Of a stretch of 64,000 bases of DNA, positions 23,868 through 64,000 are shown in pieces. The notes under the pieces were generated by a model. The model was not told the origin of the DNA, made no database searches, and saw only the letters and a program-made list of their open reading frames with translations. Position 1 is the first letter of the stretch, and each line of letters starts with the position of its first letter. The stretch covers positions 251,359,442-251,423,441 of the forward strand of contig NC_058133.1 in assembly GCF_016433145.1 (NCBI RefSeq), in the 5' to 3' direction. A program made the translations under genes and the position numbers. Source of the DNA: Gracilinanus agilis (Eukaryota).

Positions 23868-26054
23868 GTAAATTTGCTAATCATAGAGCAGGTGATACAG
23901 AGGACCTAGTGGAAGGGGTAGGCAGATCTGGAGTGGGATATTGGAAGGATAGGTTGAGGTTGAGGTGGATGTGTATGAATTGCACATCTAGGATTGAAAT
24001 GGTAAGAACCTGAAGCAACCCATTTGTACTCTTCAGGACTTTCTATCTTGATCCTGAAAGATCACATCAGTTCCAGAACTCACATCTCTTCTGTATCCCC
24101 TGCCTCTAGTACTCCTGGATTGGAGAGCCGACAGCTCCTCCAGAGGATTCCATCATGGCCCCAAAGACAAGTACATTCCCCTTCTTTTCCAGCTTCCTTT
24201 TTGTGTGTCTTTCTGCTGTAGACTATAAGCTCCTTGAGGGCAGGGGCTTTTTTTCATTTTTGTATTCCTAGTGCCTACCACATAGTAGTCGTTAAATAGA
24301 TTATTTTGAAAGACTGAGAGTTCAGTATCATTGAGACTGGGCTTATTGGTTAGAGGAGACTGAAATATGTGAACCACTGGGAAATGAGTCTAGATAGTAT
24401 CAGTGGATAGAGGAGAAGTTTACAGAGGAAGGTAGGTGATTAAAGGGTTCAAGTCATCTCAAGTCATGATCACATGTCATAAAGAGTTGCTGTATCCTGT
24501 GAATCCTTTAGACACTCAACTCACAGAAAGCACTGGAAGAAGGTATGTCCCAGAGAACCTGGGAGCACTAAGAAGCTATTGGGCCTCCTTCCAATCACAG
24601 AAGACTGAAGGAGGAAGTGTAATCCCTGTGCTTCTTGACCCATACCACTAGTAGATAGAATGGACAACTAGTCTAGTCCAAACTCCTCACCATGGCATTC
24701 AAAGCTCTGCACAGTCCACCCTGCTCCCACACAAAACCTGTTCATTCATGCCTTTATGTGGTTCTCCTGCCTAAATGCTCTCTACCCTAAATCACTCCAC
24801 CTATCCCAGCCCTACCCATTCTTCAATATACAGTCTATAATAGAATTGCACAAGGGGAGCAAGAAACCCACAAAGTGTCACCTTATCAGGCTCTGCCTCT
24901 TGGCAGTTTTCATCCTTCCCACGCCCATGAAAGCCTTGTAAGAAGGGCTTTAAGAGCAAAGAGGTGCAGACACATTCCCGACTCCAGGGAGCTCTCATAC
25001 CAAGAGGAGAATAAGAGCAGTCTTGGGCTAGGGTGGTGAAGTGAGTGGCCCCGAGGCAAGTCGCCCTGAACTAATACTCTAGACAAAGCAAGCAAGCAAT
25101 TCGCCCAATCAACATTTCCTAAACGTAACTTGGTGGGGAGAAGATGGTGAAGGATCCGAGGGGCATCCCTACCTAGAGACACCTGGGGTTCTAAGCCGCA
25201 CCTAGTTGGAGAATATTTCCTGGGCTCCCCTACAGTAGGGTTCAGGCTGTACCTACCCTCTCCCACTTCCATTCTCCCTAGGCATTCTTAAGCAGCACTC
25301 CCTCCCCCAGTGGTTCTCCGGTTGCCGTGGCGACCAGGGTGGGTGGACAGCCTGTCCTAGCCTAGTCTACGCTATCCCGAGGCCCACTCTCCCCCTTAGC
25401 GTGGGGGGTTGCCATGGCAGCCCCTCAGGAGTTGTGAAATGGAACTGGGTGCTGCTCTTCTCCCCTCCTCTCCCCCACCGCCCAGGTAGGTGGTTGGGCG
25501 ACAAAATTGGGGCGCCACTTGCAATTCTGGCGGTCGGGAGGGATGCCAAGCGAGGCTGGAAGAGCAAAAGAGAGAAGAGAGGCTACGTATGGCGCACGCG
25601 CAACAGTTAGTCCATGCACTCTGGGACATCACATTCCGCACCTCTTCCCCGCACCCACTTCCCTATGTTCCCGGCCCTACAGCTGGTTTTCACGCATGCG
25701 CACAGCCAGTTCTCCCGCTCCCTCCCTCTCCCACTTTCGCTCGAAAAACGCGTGCGCAGTAGAGTTCAGGGGCTCCGGGCTGTGAGTTCAGGACTTGAGC
25801 TCCTGTCAGTCAGTCAGTCAGTCTGGAAGGATCTTTTCTGTTAACGCATATTCATCTCGTCCCCCGTCCCCGTCTTCCCAGAGAGGGGGGGGCGAAGCGG
25901 AGCCTGATTCCTTCTTCTCCCCCAATGGGGCAGAAACGACAACAACGGCAGCGCAATAAGGGAGCCGGAGCCTGAGCCTGAGCGACCCCGCGTCTCTCCT
26001 GGGCCCACCCTGTCCGTGTCTTTCGGCTCTGGCCCGGCTGCCTCTGCCACCGCC

Positions 26055-63629
<37,575 letters not shown>

Positions 63630-63756
63630 TAGGTGTCTGTAGGAAATGGGGGCTTAGAAGGGGGTGGTCTCTGAAAATAGAAGGGAACCCCTTTTTTATC
63701 TTTATACATTTAGAGTGGAGCTAGGCTTGGAATGTGAACAGCAGATGCTGTTCTAT

Positions 63757-64000
63757 GATAGGGTGGGTCCCATAACTGGAAAATAGGTAATACCATGAAA
63801 AAAGGGATCATATAAATAAAATATTTTGAAAACCTTATAGCTCTAAATAATAAAGTAGCTGCAGAATGAAAGGAGCAGATCCAGGAGAACATTGTACATA
63901 GAGACTGATAACACTGTGGTACAATCAAACATACTAGCAGCAATGCAAGGCAATGCAAGGATCCAGAGCAAGGCTGAGGGGCTTATGAGAAAGAAAACTA
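63757..64000 (+). mobile_element. L1 3' UTR fragment, runs off the window
   Basis: Similar to the L1 3' sequence at 50300-50520. Confidence 0.7.

Overview
Marsupial genomic DNA, most likely a didelphid opossum such as Monodelphis (inferred from about 30 copies of an opossum-type CORE-SINE). Gene order matches the human 17p13 block C17orf114-PLD2-MINK1. (1) A two-exon, 78-aa C17orf114-like microprotein gene on the minus strand (1272-1917); the ORF track misses it and it sits head-to-head with PLD2. (2) A complete PLD2 gene on the plus strand: 24 coding exons, 2805 nt, both HKD motifs intact. (3) The 5' part of MINK1 (exons 1-9, kinase domain), cut by the window end. The most striking accessory feature is a near full-length processed copy of C5orf24 with an intact 188-aa ORF, inserted antisense in the 28.7-kb MINK1 intron 1. 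The window also holds candidate uORFs in both long genes, a pair of RFX X-boxes upstream of MINK1, five hAT MITEs from four families (one OC1/OposCharlie1-like), solo LTRs, and L1/L2/MIR/MAR1 relics. All homology calls come from recognition of the sequence, not database searches. There is no prokaryotic-type system (CRISPR, operon) here.
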